Below, in pieces: positions 10,457 to 20,722 of a stretch of 64,000 nt of DNA. The notes under the pieces were generated by a model. It did no database searches. It saw nothing but the letters and a program-made list of their open reading frames with translations, and was not told where the DNA came from. Within the stretch, counting starts at the first letter, position 1; each line of letters begins with the position of its first letter. The position numbers and the translations under genes are program-made. The stretch is taken from assembly GCA_965203485.1 (NCBI GenBank), contig OZ241892.1, positions 1,344,001 through 1,408,000 on the forward strand, read 5' to 3'. The stretch is from Longimicrobiales bacterium. Lineage in GTDB: Bacteria; Gemmatimonadota; Gemmatimonadetes; Longimicrobiales; Gaopeijiaceae.

Positions 10457-12502
<2,046 letters not shown>

Positions 12503-12903
12503 GGCTTTCCGCGCCTGCCCCGGCGTAGGTTGCGCGCGTGCGCGCGCTCACGTGGCCGACAGCGTGGTGGTCCGCCATGGTCTCGGCGTAGTCGCGCGCG
12601 CGGGCACTCAGCTTGACGGCGCATGCTCGAGCGATGCCTCGGCTGTCGCAAGATGGTTCGTGCTTGACCGCAGGGCCGTGGCGTGCACCGATTCGGCGAA
12701 TCGGGGGCCGATGGGCTGATCGTTCGGCCTTGTGCGCCCAGCGGAGCGCGCGTCGTGGACCGCCCAGCGATGGGCGTCGCAGGGCCGCCGTCCATTTCCT
12801 ACATTCCAAGTTCTCTTCCAGCGACCGTTGTTCTCTTCGGCGCAGACGGCCCGGCGCGCATCCGTCCGAGTTCGCCGCCCCGAGCGCGACCCCAGCGTCC
12901 CAA

Positions 12904-14178
12904 ATGACTCCATCCTTCGACGCCGCGCTTGCGTTCGCCCAGGATCTCATCCGGCTTCCGTCCCTTCCCGGCGAGGAGGAGGACGTGGCCCGGCGCGTCC
13001 TGCGGGAGATGGAGTCGCTGAGGTACGACGAGGCGTACGTGGACGAACTCGGCAACGTGGTTGGCGTCCTGCACGGCGGCGCCGGTCCGTCGGTCATGCT
13101 CAGTTGCCATTTGGACATGGTGGCCGCCGGGGACGAGGCCGAATGGGAGGTCCCGCCCTTCGGCGGCGTGATCGAGGGAGGGTTCCTGCACGGTCGCGGC
13201 GCAATGGACATCAAGGGGCCTCTGGCCCTCCAGACGCATGCGGCGGCGGCGCTCAAGGGCAAGACGGAGGGGGACGTGATCGTGGCTCACACGGTCTTCG
13301 AGGAACGGGGCGGGTGGGGCATGGACCATCTGACGCGACCGGATGGGGGATTGGCTCCCGCAGCCGTGGTCATCGGCGAGTCGACCAACGGCGACATCGC
13401 GATCGGACACCGCGGCCGGGCGGAAGTGGAGATCGTCGCCCGCGGCTTGGCGGCCCACGCATCCGCACCGGAGCGGGCCCGCAACGCGCTCGACCTGGTG
13501 CCGCCCGTCCTGCGGGGCGTCGAAGACCTGGCCGCGGATCAAGAATCGGCGGACGTGCTCGAGAGCGCGTCGCTCGTCGCCACCGACGTCCGCGCGTCCC
13601 CGGCCAGCCGCAACGTTGTGCCCGACCAAGCCGTCGTCGTGCTCGACTGGCGCATTCTCCCGTCCGACACCGAGGAGAGCCTGCTGGCAAGGGTCCGCGA
13701 CGCCGTCGCCCCCCGTCTCGACCGATGGGCGGCCCGCCAGCCGTCCGGCGGCCGTGCCGACAATGCATCGCCGTCCTCCGGCGACCCACCCGCCGAGCTT
13801 GCGCATGCCGCGGCCCCGCAGGTCGAATGCCGCATCGCCTCCGAATTGCAACGCGCCTACACCGGCGTCGAGCAGCGCCGAGGCATCCTGACGCCCGGCT
13901 TCCTCATGGACGCCGACAGTCCCGTGGCCGTTGCCGCCGCCCGAGCCGTCGGCCGTCGCCGCGCCCCTGGCCCCGCGCTAATCCGCCCCTGGCAGTTCGC
14001 CACCGACGGCGGCTGGACGCGCGGCGTGCGCGGCATTCCCACCGTCGGCTTCGCCCCCGGCGAAGAGCGCCACGCCCACACCAACACCGAACGCCTCCGT
14101 CTCGACGACGCCCGCTGGGCCTACGGCAAGTACCTGGATCTGGTTCCGGCGGTACAGGCGGCAGTTCGGCGCGCTTGA
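12904..14178 (+). CDS. M20/M25/M40 family metallohydrolase (DapE/YgeY-like)
   Basis: SCHLDMV, HGRGAMDIKG, FEERGG, FATDG, HAHTNTE. Confidence 0.9.
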   Translation: MTPSFDAALAFAQDLIRLPSLPGEEEDVARRVLREMESLRYDEAYVDELGNVVGVLHGGAGPSVMLSCHLDMVAAGDEAEWEVPPFGGVIEGGFLHGRGAMDIKGPLALQTHAAAALKGKTEGDVIVAHTVFEERGGWGMDHLTRPDGGLAPAAVVIGESTNGDIAIGHRGRAEVEIVARGLAAHASAPERARNALDLVPPVLRGVEDLAADQESADVLESASLVATDVRASPASRNVVPDQAVVVLDWRILPSDTEESLLARVRDAVAPRLDRWAARQPSGGRADNASPSSGDPPAELAHAAAPQVECRIASELQRAYTGVEQRRGILTPGFLMDADSPVAVAAARAVGRRRAPGPALIRPWQFATDGGWTRGVRGIPTVGFAPGEERHAHTNTERLRLDDARWAYGKYLDLVPAVQAAVRRA

Positions 14179-14310
14179 AATAGCGGCGCAGGGCAACGGC
14201 GCCGTGGACGCCACGGCAACGGGCGAACCCGGCGTCGCGACGGCGAGGAGCAACGCGTCCCAGCACGATCCGCGCGACATGGTCCCGAGCGTCCTGCTCG
14301 ACCAATCGCG

Positions 14311-14877
14311 CTAATGCCGCGCTTCGCCCGCGTCCGAAGCTGCCAAGACCAGCTCCAGAGCGACGCGGTGAGCAAACTCAGCCTCGTCGGCTGGCCGGCG
14401 CCCGCGTCGAGACGACCTCGATTGCTCCCCGAGGCCGTGACCCCGCCTTATCCGCACCACCGCCTCGCGGCAACAGTGCGTCTCGACGCGGGCGAGGACG
14501 CCGAGCACGAACTCCGTCCCGCCCGCAGCCGTGTGCGCCTTGCCTTCCCGCAGACGAGCGTCCAGCAAGTCGCCCGTCTCCGCACGCCCGCTGGCCGCCA
14601 GCCGCAACGCCGGATCGTCCCGCAACGCCGTCGCGTCGTCGTGGTCCCGCCGGCCCTGCGCCGCCAGCACGCAGACCGCGCGCACCAGCTCCGCCAGCGA
14701 ATGGCGAATCCGGCGCGGGTCCCGAGCGTCGTCGATGCGCTCGCTCATCCAACGATCCACGCCGCTCCCGCTCAACGCCTCCCGGCACAGCGCCGCGCCC
14801 GCGTCGCCCGTCACCTTGTCCGGCCGAACCTCGAGGCGCACCGACTTGCTGCCGAAACAGCCCCTTGTTATCTTCAC
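14311..14877 (-). mobile_element. IS1380-family transposase remnant (internally deleted pseudogene)
   Basis: KSVRLEVRPDKVTGDAGA..RE, DARDPRRIRHSLAEL, DHDDATALRDDPALRLA join directly to ETGDLLDARLREGKAHTA. The intervening catalytic region is missing and the 3' part is degraded. Family recognised from memory of IS1380 motifs. Confidence 0.8.
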
Positions 14878-15011
14878 CTCGGCGTTGCGCGCGGCGGGCC
14901 ACCGGTTCTCGGCCGAACACCTTGAACCTACTGGCCTCGCCGCCGCACGCCACCCCTTCACCACGCTCCCTCGTGAATAAGGCGGGCGTCTGGACGAGAG
15001 AGGATCGGTCC

Positions 15012-15449
15012 ATGCCCACGAAGAACTTCACGCGCCTCGCCGTCGCGCTGGCGGCGACTTCCGTTGTTGCGGTTTCGGCTTGCTCGGAGGTCGTCAGCCC
15101 GATCACCGACGCGGAGCCGTTGTCGCTTCCGGAGCCGGACACGTATGTCGCTCGCGATCGCGAGGGCGCCGTTCTGGCAACCGGAAGAATCTCGCACTCG
15201 CCGGCAACGGAGCGGATAAGCTGGGCGTTCTCCCACGCCTTGCCCGTACGGGGGGGCTTGATGGCCCGCATAGCGAGTTACTCCGGTCCGGACCCCGAGT
15301 GCCTCTCGAGCGTCTACGCCTCGGAGGAAGAGCTCGCCGAATGGGCAAAGTGCGTCAACAGGTTGTTTGAAGAAGACGCGGGGTGCGAAGTGGTCGTGAC
15401 GGAGTACTTCAGGAAGACAGGCGAACTCCACGCACACTGCATGGAATAG
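15012..15449 (+). CDS. Hypothetical lipoprotein
   Basis: GAGAGGA RBS, ATG 15012, signal peptide with lipobox VSA-C, four further Cys. Confidence 0.7.
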   Translation: MPTKNFTRLAVALAATSVVAVSACSEVVSPITDAEPLSLPEPDTYVARDREGAVLATGRISHSPATERISWAFSHALPVRGGLMARIASYSGPDPECLSSVYASEEELAEWAKCVNRLFEEDAGCEVVVTEYFRKTGELHAHCME

Positions 15450-15496
15450 CAGGAGGAGAGCCGGTCTGGCCTAGCGGCGCCGTCGCTCCACGACGC

Positions 15497-15600
15497 GTCT
15501 TCGCATCGTGCGCTCGCGCCCGCGCGGCCACGTCGCCGCCGGCACGGTGCGCAAGCTGGGCTTCGAGCGCCTGCTGGACCGCAGGCGCGAAGAACCCGCT
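15497..15600 (+). pseudogene. Probable IS1634-family transposase fragment
   Basis: Manual translation LRIVRSRPRGHVAAGTVRKLGFERLLDRR resembles the IS1634 N-terminal motif (IVRS.PHGHVAAVLGT.RKLGL..LL). No start codon and no continuation. Confidence 0.6.
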
Positions 15601-15662
15601 CGCTGGCGGTGTGCCGACGTGATCTCGGCGTACTTCGAGGGCCGGCATTGCCCGCCGGCGAC

Positions 15663-17408
15663 TCACTTGATCCACGGTTCGTATTGAAGGATCGCCGCCT
15701 TGGCAAGGACCTCGGGAATGCGGATCAACAGCGCGGTTCCGGCAGCGTCCGTCACGTGCAGCCCCTCGCCCGGCGCGAAGGCCACCGGTTGATCCGCGCC
15801 CTGGTTGATCGTGGCGCCGGAGACGTAGAGGCTGGTTCTGTCGTGCGCGTCGCGGACGGGATTGAGCCGTGCTCGGAGTCCCGGCACTTCGCCGGCGCCG
15901 TCAGCGAAGACGACGGAACCGCCGCCTCGAAGGGCGGCAAGTTCAAGGTCGATCGAGAACCCGTTCCGCATCGGCACCCATTCCCGGACGACGCGCGCGG
16001 CGAAGCCGGGGGCCGCCGCAAAGAGCGTAATGGGAAGGTGCGTCGAGTGCAGGTCGGCGAAGGCCGCGCCCTCCACGTTGGTCGCGGCACGTCGGTACGC
16101 GCCGTCGGGGAAGATCAAGAGGAGATCGGCGTCGGCGACCGGTCGCCCTTTCGACAGGACCGTCAAGGCAACGTGGCCGGGAGTCCAACCAAGGGGCGCG
16201 GCGGGAATCGTGAGGCGCAGTTCGGCGGCGCCGATCAACTCGTAGGACGGGGGCTTGGCGCCGAGAGCCTCCGTCTCCCGACGGATGATGCCCACGCCGT
16301 CGCCGCGCTTCTCCATGAAGTACTGGCGGTCGCCGGAGCCCTTGACGCCGGTGCAGCTCATGCGCGCCAACGCGGAGGCCAGGATCTCGTTCCGCGTGGC
16401 CTGCTGGCTGTCCATGATGTCGACCCTGAGGCCGTTGGCCAGCGGGCCGGGCGACTGAATCTCCACCCTGTCCTCGAACACCGACACTCGAATTCGGCGT
16501 TCGGAAATCGAGTAGTCGCGGTGCGCCACCGCGTTGACCACGGCCTCGAATACGGCTCTGTCGCCGTACTGCGGGAGGTCGATCCGGCCGGGCTCCTTGC
16601 GGGCCGCGATGCGCATGTTGCGCAGGACGAAGGCCACCGTGGCGCCGATCTGCTTGTCCAGCGGCCCGCAAATCGTCTCGGCGTCGACTTGCATGGAGGC
16701 GCGGTCCGTCCCTCGATAGCAGGTCGCCGTCACGCATGCATGGCCGAGCCACGTTTCCGGCGCTTGGGCACACAGCAACAGGCCGGCCACGGACGCCCTG
16801 AGGGCTCCCCGCTCGTCCCGCGCCAGCAGTCCCATCTTCTCCAGCGCGACTTCGGGGTCCGCCATGCCGTGCACGCTCACGAGGCGCTTCCACAGAGTCT
16901 CGTCCAAGCTCTGGAAACCCGTGTCGGGCACAGCGGCCTTGTCCAACCATGTGAAGCGCGACATGGCGCGCTCCTGGGCAAGCCGCAACCGCTGGTCGCC
17001 GGTCATCTTGATCTTCGACGACCCGATGCGGTGGTAGCTGCCGCCCGGACTGTCGTGTTGCGAGCGTCCCCTGGGCACCGCAACGACCATGACGTGCTTC
17101 CCCTCGAGATCTCGCCGATGAATCTGCACGGGCAAGGGAGGCTCGATGGACTGGGTGCAGACCTCCACCAGCACGCGGTCCAAGGCGTCCATCTGCTCGC
17201 GCGTCATTCCTTGGACGTCCCCTTGATCGGTAGCGCCGAACACGACGACGCCGCCTTGGCTGTTGGCGTAGGCCGCGATCTCGTCCGCGATGTCGTTTCG
17301 CTTGGGGGCCTTGAGACGGGCGCCTCCGAAACGCACCTCCTTGAACTCCCACCCGCCGTCCTCGCCGGCCTTCAGACGGGACAGAAGCTCTTCCGGAGGG
17401 TACTTCAT
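15663..17408 (-). CDS. Schlafen/AlbA_2 + HATPase_c_4 (RecG C-terminal-like) protein with beta-rich C-terminal extension
   Basis: GEDGGWEFKE and IAAYANSQGGVVVFG (AlbA_2); EAVVNAVAHRDYS, FEDRVEIQSPG, RNEILA, EKRGDG (HATPase_c_4). Confidence 0.88.
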   Translation of the reverse strand: MKYPPEELLSRLKAGEDGGWEFKEVRFGGARLKAPKRNDIADEIAAYANSQGGVVVFGATDQGDVQGMTREQMDALDRVLVEVCTQSIEPPLPVQIHRRDLEGKHVMVVAVPRGRSQHDSPGGSYHRIGSSKIKMTGDQRLRLAQERAMSRFTWLDKAAVPDTGFQSLDETLWKRLVSVHGMADPEVALEKMGLLARDERGALRASVAGLLLCAQAPETWLGHACVTATCYRGTDRASMQVDAETICGPLDKQIGATVAFVLRNMRIAARKEPGRIDLPQYGDRAVFEAVVNAVAHRDYSISERRIRVSVFEDRVEIQSPGPLANGLRVDIMDSQQATRNEILASALARMSCTGVKGSGDRQYFMEKRGDGVGIIRRETEALGAKPPSYELIGAAELRLTIPAAPLGWTPGHVALTVLSKGRPVADADLLLIFPDGAYRRAATNVEGAAFADLHSTHLPITLFAAAPGFAARVVREWVPMRNGFSIDLELAALRGGGSVVFADGAGEVPGLRARLNPVRDAHDRTSLYVSGATINQGADQPVAFAPGEGLHVTDAAGTALLIRIPEVLAKAAILQYEPWIK

Positions 17409-17596
17409 GGCGACAACGCTACCCCACTCGTGCAGTCCGCAAGGGCAACTCGCGTCGTGGCCCACCGAAGTCGCCTGGCGCATCGGCCCAGGCCGCAAGT
17501 CGGGAGCGGAATCGGTCGGCCGCGCTCGTCACGGAGTCCTCCACTTCGCTGTTGGCTTGGCGACCGCGCGGAAACGGCCCGCTTGCCGCCCCTTCC

Positions 17597-18679
17597 TCAG
17601 CCCATCGGCACGGTCGGCAGGATCTTTCCCTCGATCCGCTCGAAGATCTCGTCCAGGGTTTCGCCCGTGATCGTCAGGCCGTGGTTCTTGAGCCCCACCA
17701 CGCACCGAACGGGATCGTCGGCCTCCCGCACGATGTCCGCCACCGCCTGCCCCAGCTCGCGGGTGCCGCACGGGAAGTTGAACTCGGTGCTGGGGACGCC
17801 GTCCATCCAGCCGTGGACGTGCACGATGGCGCCGACGCGGGGGTGCTCGCGGTAGATCATCCAGTGCTCGATGGCGTCGACCGAGACGCGGCGAGGCTCC
17901 ACGCCGGGCGGATGGGCCACGCGCATTCCGTTGCGGTCGGCATCGTAGTCCTTCACCATCAGGAAGTCGCGCCCGACCGTTCGCAGGTTCGACTTGTCGA
18001 CGCCGCTGGCGCTCATCCAGAACCACTCGTCGTCGTAGCGGGCCGACAAGTTGCCGTACGACAGGCCGCCGATTCCGAAGAGGCGCTTCATGTGCCGAAA
18101 GTCCCTCTCGGGCAGCAGCTCGTCCATGGGGAACGGGGCCGGGAGCAGGTCGAGCAGGTCGAGCTTCTTGCCGGCCCGGCGCAAGGACGCGGTGAGTTCG
18201 TCGCCCTCCCAGAGGCGCTCGGGCAAGTCGGGCTCGAAGAAGTTCTCGATCACGAGCGTGGACGAGGCGAGCGGATGAATCCGCTCGTAGACGCGTCGGA
18301 AGTACGCGTCGTGCCCCGAGTTGTCCGCCACCGTGTAGTGCCCCTGCTCCGGCGTCAGGAAGTGGGCCTCGTGGCGTCCGTTGCTCGACGGCACCAAACC
18401 GACCACTAGGTTGGCGAGGGCGCGCACCAGCGTCGGATAGCCTTGGGGGACGGGATTGTTGAACGGGTCCGGGAATTCGGTAACGGCGCACACGAACACG
18501 GCTTGGGCGTGCCGCCGCACGGGCTTGGGCCGCCCTTCGGGAAAGAAGTTCACGACGAGCTTGGCATCGTCCGAGTCGGCCACGAACCGGTGGCCGTTCG
18601 ATTCCATAACGGTCCGGAGCCCCTGGGAGAACCAGGAAAACGGAGCCGCACCGGCGTCGCCGGCGAAAGTGAAGTCCAT
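17597..18679 (-). CDS. Class II aldolase/adducin family protein with N-terminal extension
   Basis: GNLSAR, SASGVDK, IEHWMIY, IVHVH, LKNHG. Confidence 0.85.
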   Translation of the reverse strand: MDFTFAGDAGAAPFSWFSQGLRTVMESNGHRFVADSDDAKLVVNFFPEGRPKPVRRHAQAVFVCAVTEFPDPFNNPVPQGYPTLVRALANLVVGLVPSSNGRHEAHFLTPEQGHYTVADNSGHDAYFRRVYERIHPLASSTLVIENFFEPDLPERLWEGDELTASLRRAGKKLDLLDLLPAPFPMDELLPERDFRHMKRLFGIGGLSYGNLSARYDDEWFWMSASGVDKSNLRTVGRDFLMVKDYDADRNGMRVAHPPGVEPRRVSVDAIEHWMIYREHPRVGAIVHVHGWMDGVPSTEFNFPCGTRELGQAVADIVREADDPVRCVVGLKNHGLTITGETLDEIFERIEGKILPTVPMG

Positions 18680-18821
18680 AACGTGTGGAACACCTCGGTG
18701 GTTTGGCGTCGGTCCAGTCAACATATAAGGTCGCATCTTCGGGCGAGAAGCAAGCCGGGCGGCCCGCCCGGACCGCTTCCAGCCTCCGCCTTGCCGGGCC
18801 GCGCACTCCGTGCTCCCTGCC

Positions 18822-18850
18822 TTACGTGCCGCCGCTGGGTTGGCTACATT
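18822..18850 (+). promoter_or_regulatory. Candidate sigma70 promoter of the rpsF operon
   Basis: TTACGT-N17-TACATT about 70 nt upstream of the ATG, followed by a hairpin-forming leader. Confidence 0.35.
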
Positions 18851-18920
18851 TCGGGCTCCCGCTCCGCTTGGACGGCGGAGCCCGTATGCCAGACTTGCGG
18901 ACCGAGGGACTCCGAATCCG

Positions 18921-19808
18921 ATGAGACCGTACGAGATCGTCTACGTTCTGGATGCCTCGCTGGACCGGGACGCCGCCGCCGAGAAGATCGACGGCTTCCA
19001 CGAAGTTCTGGGCGGCGAAGTCGAAGCCGTCGACCACTGGGGCGTACGCCGGCTGGCCTACCCGATCGCGAAGGCCCGCTTGGCGTACTACGCGGTCGCG
19101 CACGTGAAGGCGGAGCCGTCCGCGTTGCCCGAGTTCGAGCGCCGGCTGAGGCTCGACGAACAGGTCGTCCGCTACTTGCTGGTGCTCAACGAGGGCCAGC
19201 CGACGTCCGGGGACTCGATCTTCGCGCAGGCGGCGAAGGCGGCCGAGGAGGACGCCGGCGGAGACGAGGGAACGCCCGGCAAGAACGGCGGCGACCCGAG
19301 CGCCGCGCCTGCCGAGACCGACGAGAACGGCGGTGGCGAGAGCCCCTCGACGGCGGAAGGCGGCGCCGATTCGGGAGACGAGACGCCCGCGCCCGCGGAG
19401 GCGCCGGGCGAGCCGGATGCCGGAGCGGCGGAGAGCGGCGAAGGGTCGAGCGGCTCGGGCGGCGGAACTGGGCCCGCCGCCGAGACCGGCGAGACCGCCT
19501 CGGGGCCGGGCGACGGAGCCGAGGCCGCGCGAGGCGAAGAGGGCGAGAGCGAACGGACGGCTCCCGTCCACGGCCCCCCGGAGTTTTCGGGCGCGCGAGG
19601 CCGAGGCCGCCGCCACGACGCGCCCCGCATCCTGCTCCTCGACTACAAGGACGTGGCGACGCTGTCCCACTTCGTGAGCGAGCAGGGCAAGATCCTGCCG
19701 AAGCGCACCACCAAGGTGACTGCCCGCTTCCAGCGCCGGCTCGGCACGGCCGTGAAGCGCGCCCGCTACCTCGCCTTGCTGCCCTACGTCCGCGACCACG
19801 GGAGCTGA
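18921..19808 (+). CDS. rpsF-rpsR: Fused 30S ribosomal protein bS6-bS18 (295 aa)
   Basis: Residues 1-91 are S6 ([20 protein letters not shown]). The last 77 aa are S18 ([37 protein letters not shown]). One open frame; rplI follows. Confidence 0.93.
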   Translation: MRPYEIVYVLDASLDRDAAAEKIDGFHEVLGGEVEAVDHWGVRRLAYPIAKARLAYYAVAHVKAEPSALPEFERRLRLDEQVVRYLLVLNEGQPTSGDSIFAQAAKAAEEDAGGDEGTPGKNGGDPSAAPAETDENGGGESPSTAEGGADSGDETPAPAEAPGEPDAGAAESGEGSSGSGGGTGPAAETGETASGPGDGAEAARGEEGESERTAPVHGPPEFSGARGRGRRHDAPRILLLDYKDVATLSHFVSEQGKILPKRTTKVTARFQRRLGTAVKRARYLALLPYVRDHGS

Positions 19809-19812
19809 TCCC

Positions 19813-20268
19813 ATGAAAGTCGTCTTGCGCAAGCGCGTGGCCAAGCTGGGCGACGCCGGCGACGTGCTCAGCGTCAAGCCCGGCTTCGCCCGCAACTACT
19901 TGGTCCCGCAGGGGCTGGCCTACGCCGCGTCGCCCGCCGCCGTCCGCGCCATCGAGGAGGAACGGCGGCGCAGCGCCGAGGAGGCGCGCAAGAACTACCT
20001 CGAGGCCAGGCGGCGCGCGGCCCGGCTGGAGGGCGTCGTCGTCACCGTCGCGGCCAAGGCCGGCGAGGCCGGGCGGCTCTTCGGGTCGGTGGGTCCCAGG
20101 GACGTGCTCGACGCGGTGCACGCGTCCGGCATCGACTTCCGCCTGGAGCTGCGGACGCTGCAGCTGGCCGATCCGATCAAGGCGGTGGGCGAGCACCGAG
20201 TCGGCGTTCGCCTGCACGCGGACGTGACGGCCGAGATCGGCGTCGTCGTGGAGGCCGAAGCGGATTGA
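19813..20268 (+). CDS. rplI: 50S ribosomal protein bL9
   Basis: MKVVL...LG..GD...VKPGFARNYLVPQG and GRLFGSV. Confidence 0.97.
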   Translation: MKVVLRKRVAKLGDAGDVLSVKPGFARNYLVPQGLAYAASPAAVRAIEEERRRSAEEARKNYLEARRRAARLEGVVVTVAAKAGEAGRLFGSVGPRDVLDAVHASGIDFRLELRTLQLADPIKAVGEHRVGVRLHADVTAEIGVVVEAEAD

Positions 20269-20292
20269 TTCCGGTGCGAAGGACATCCGCGC

Positions 20293-20658
20293 GTGCCTGA
20301 AGACCAGCAGCTCGCGATGATGCCGTCGGTGCGGCGGGCCGTCCGTTGCGCGATCGAGCGAAAGGCGCGGGACGTGACGGTCATGGACCTGCGCAAGCTG
20401 TCGTCCGTCACCGACTTCTTCGTGATCGCCACGGGCCGCTCCGACGTCCATGCGCGCACCATCGCCGAGCACGTCATCGACTCGTCCAAGCGCGACGGCA
20501 GGGGACCGGAGACGGTCGAGGGCCTGGACCAGGGACGCTGGGTCCTCGTGGACTACATCGACTACGTGGTCCACGTCTTTCAGCCGTCCGTGCGGGAGTA
20601 CTACCAGCTGGAACTTCTGTGGGGGGACGCGAAGACCGTCGTCGTGGAAGACGCTTGA
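20293..20658 (+). CDS. rsfS: Ribosome silencing factor
   Basis: TDFFVIATG, WVLVDY, VVHVF, REYYQLELLW. Confidence 0.95.
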   Translation: MPEDQQLAMMPSVRRAVRCAIERKARDVTVMDLRKLSSVTDFFVIATGRSDVHARTIAEHVIDSSKRDGRGPETVEGLDQGRWVLVDYIDYVVHVFQPSVREYYQLELLWGDAKTVVVEDA

Positions 20659-20722
20659 GCGCCGGGTCCGCTGGCAACCGGCCCGGGGCCTTGCGGGCCG
20701 TGCCGGTCCGGCGGGAGGTCTC

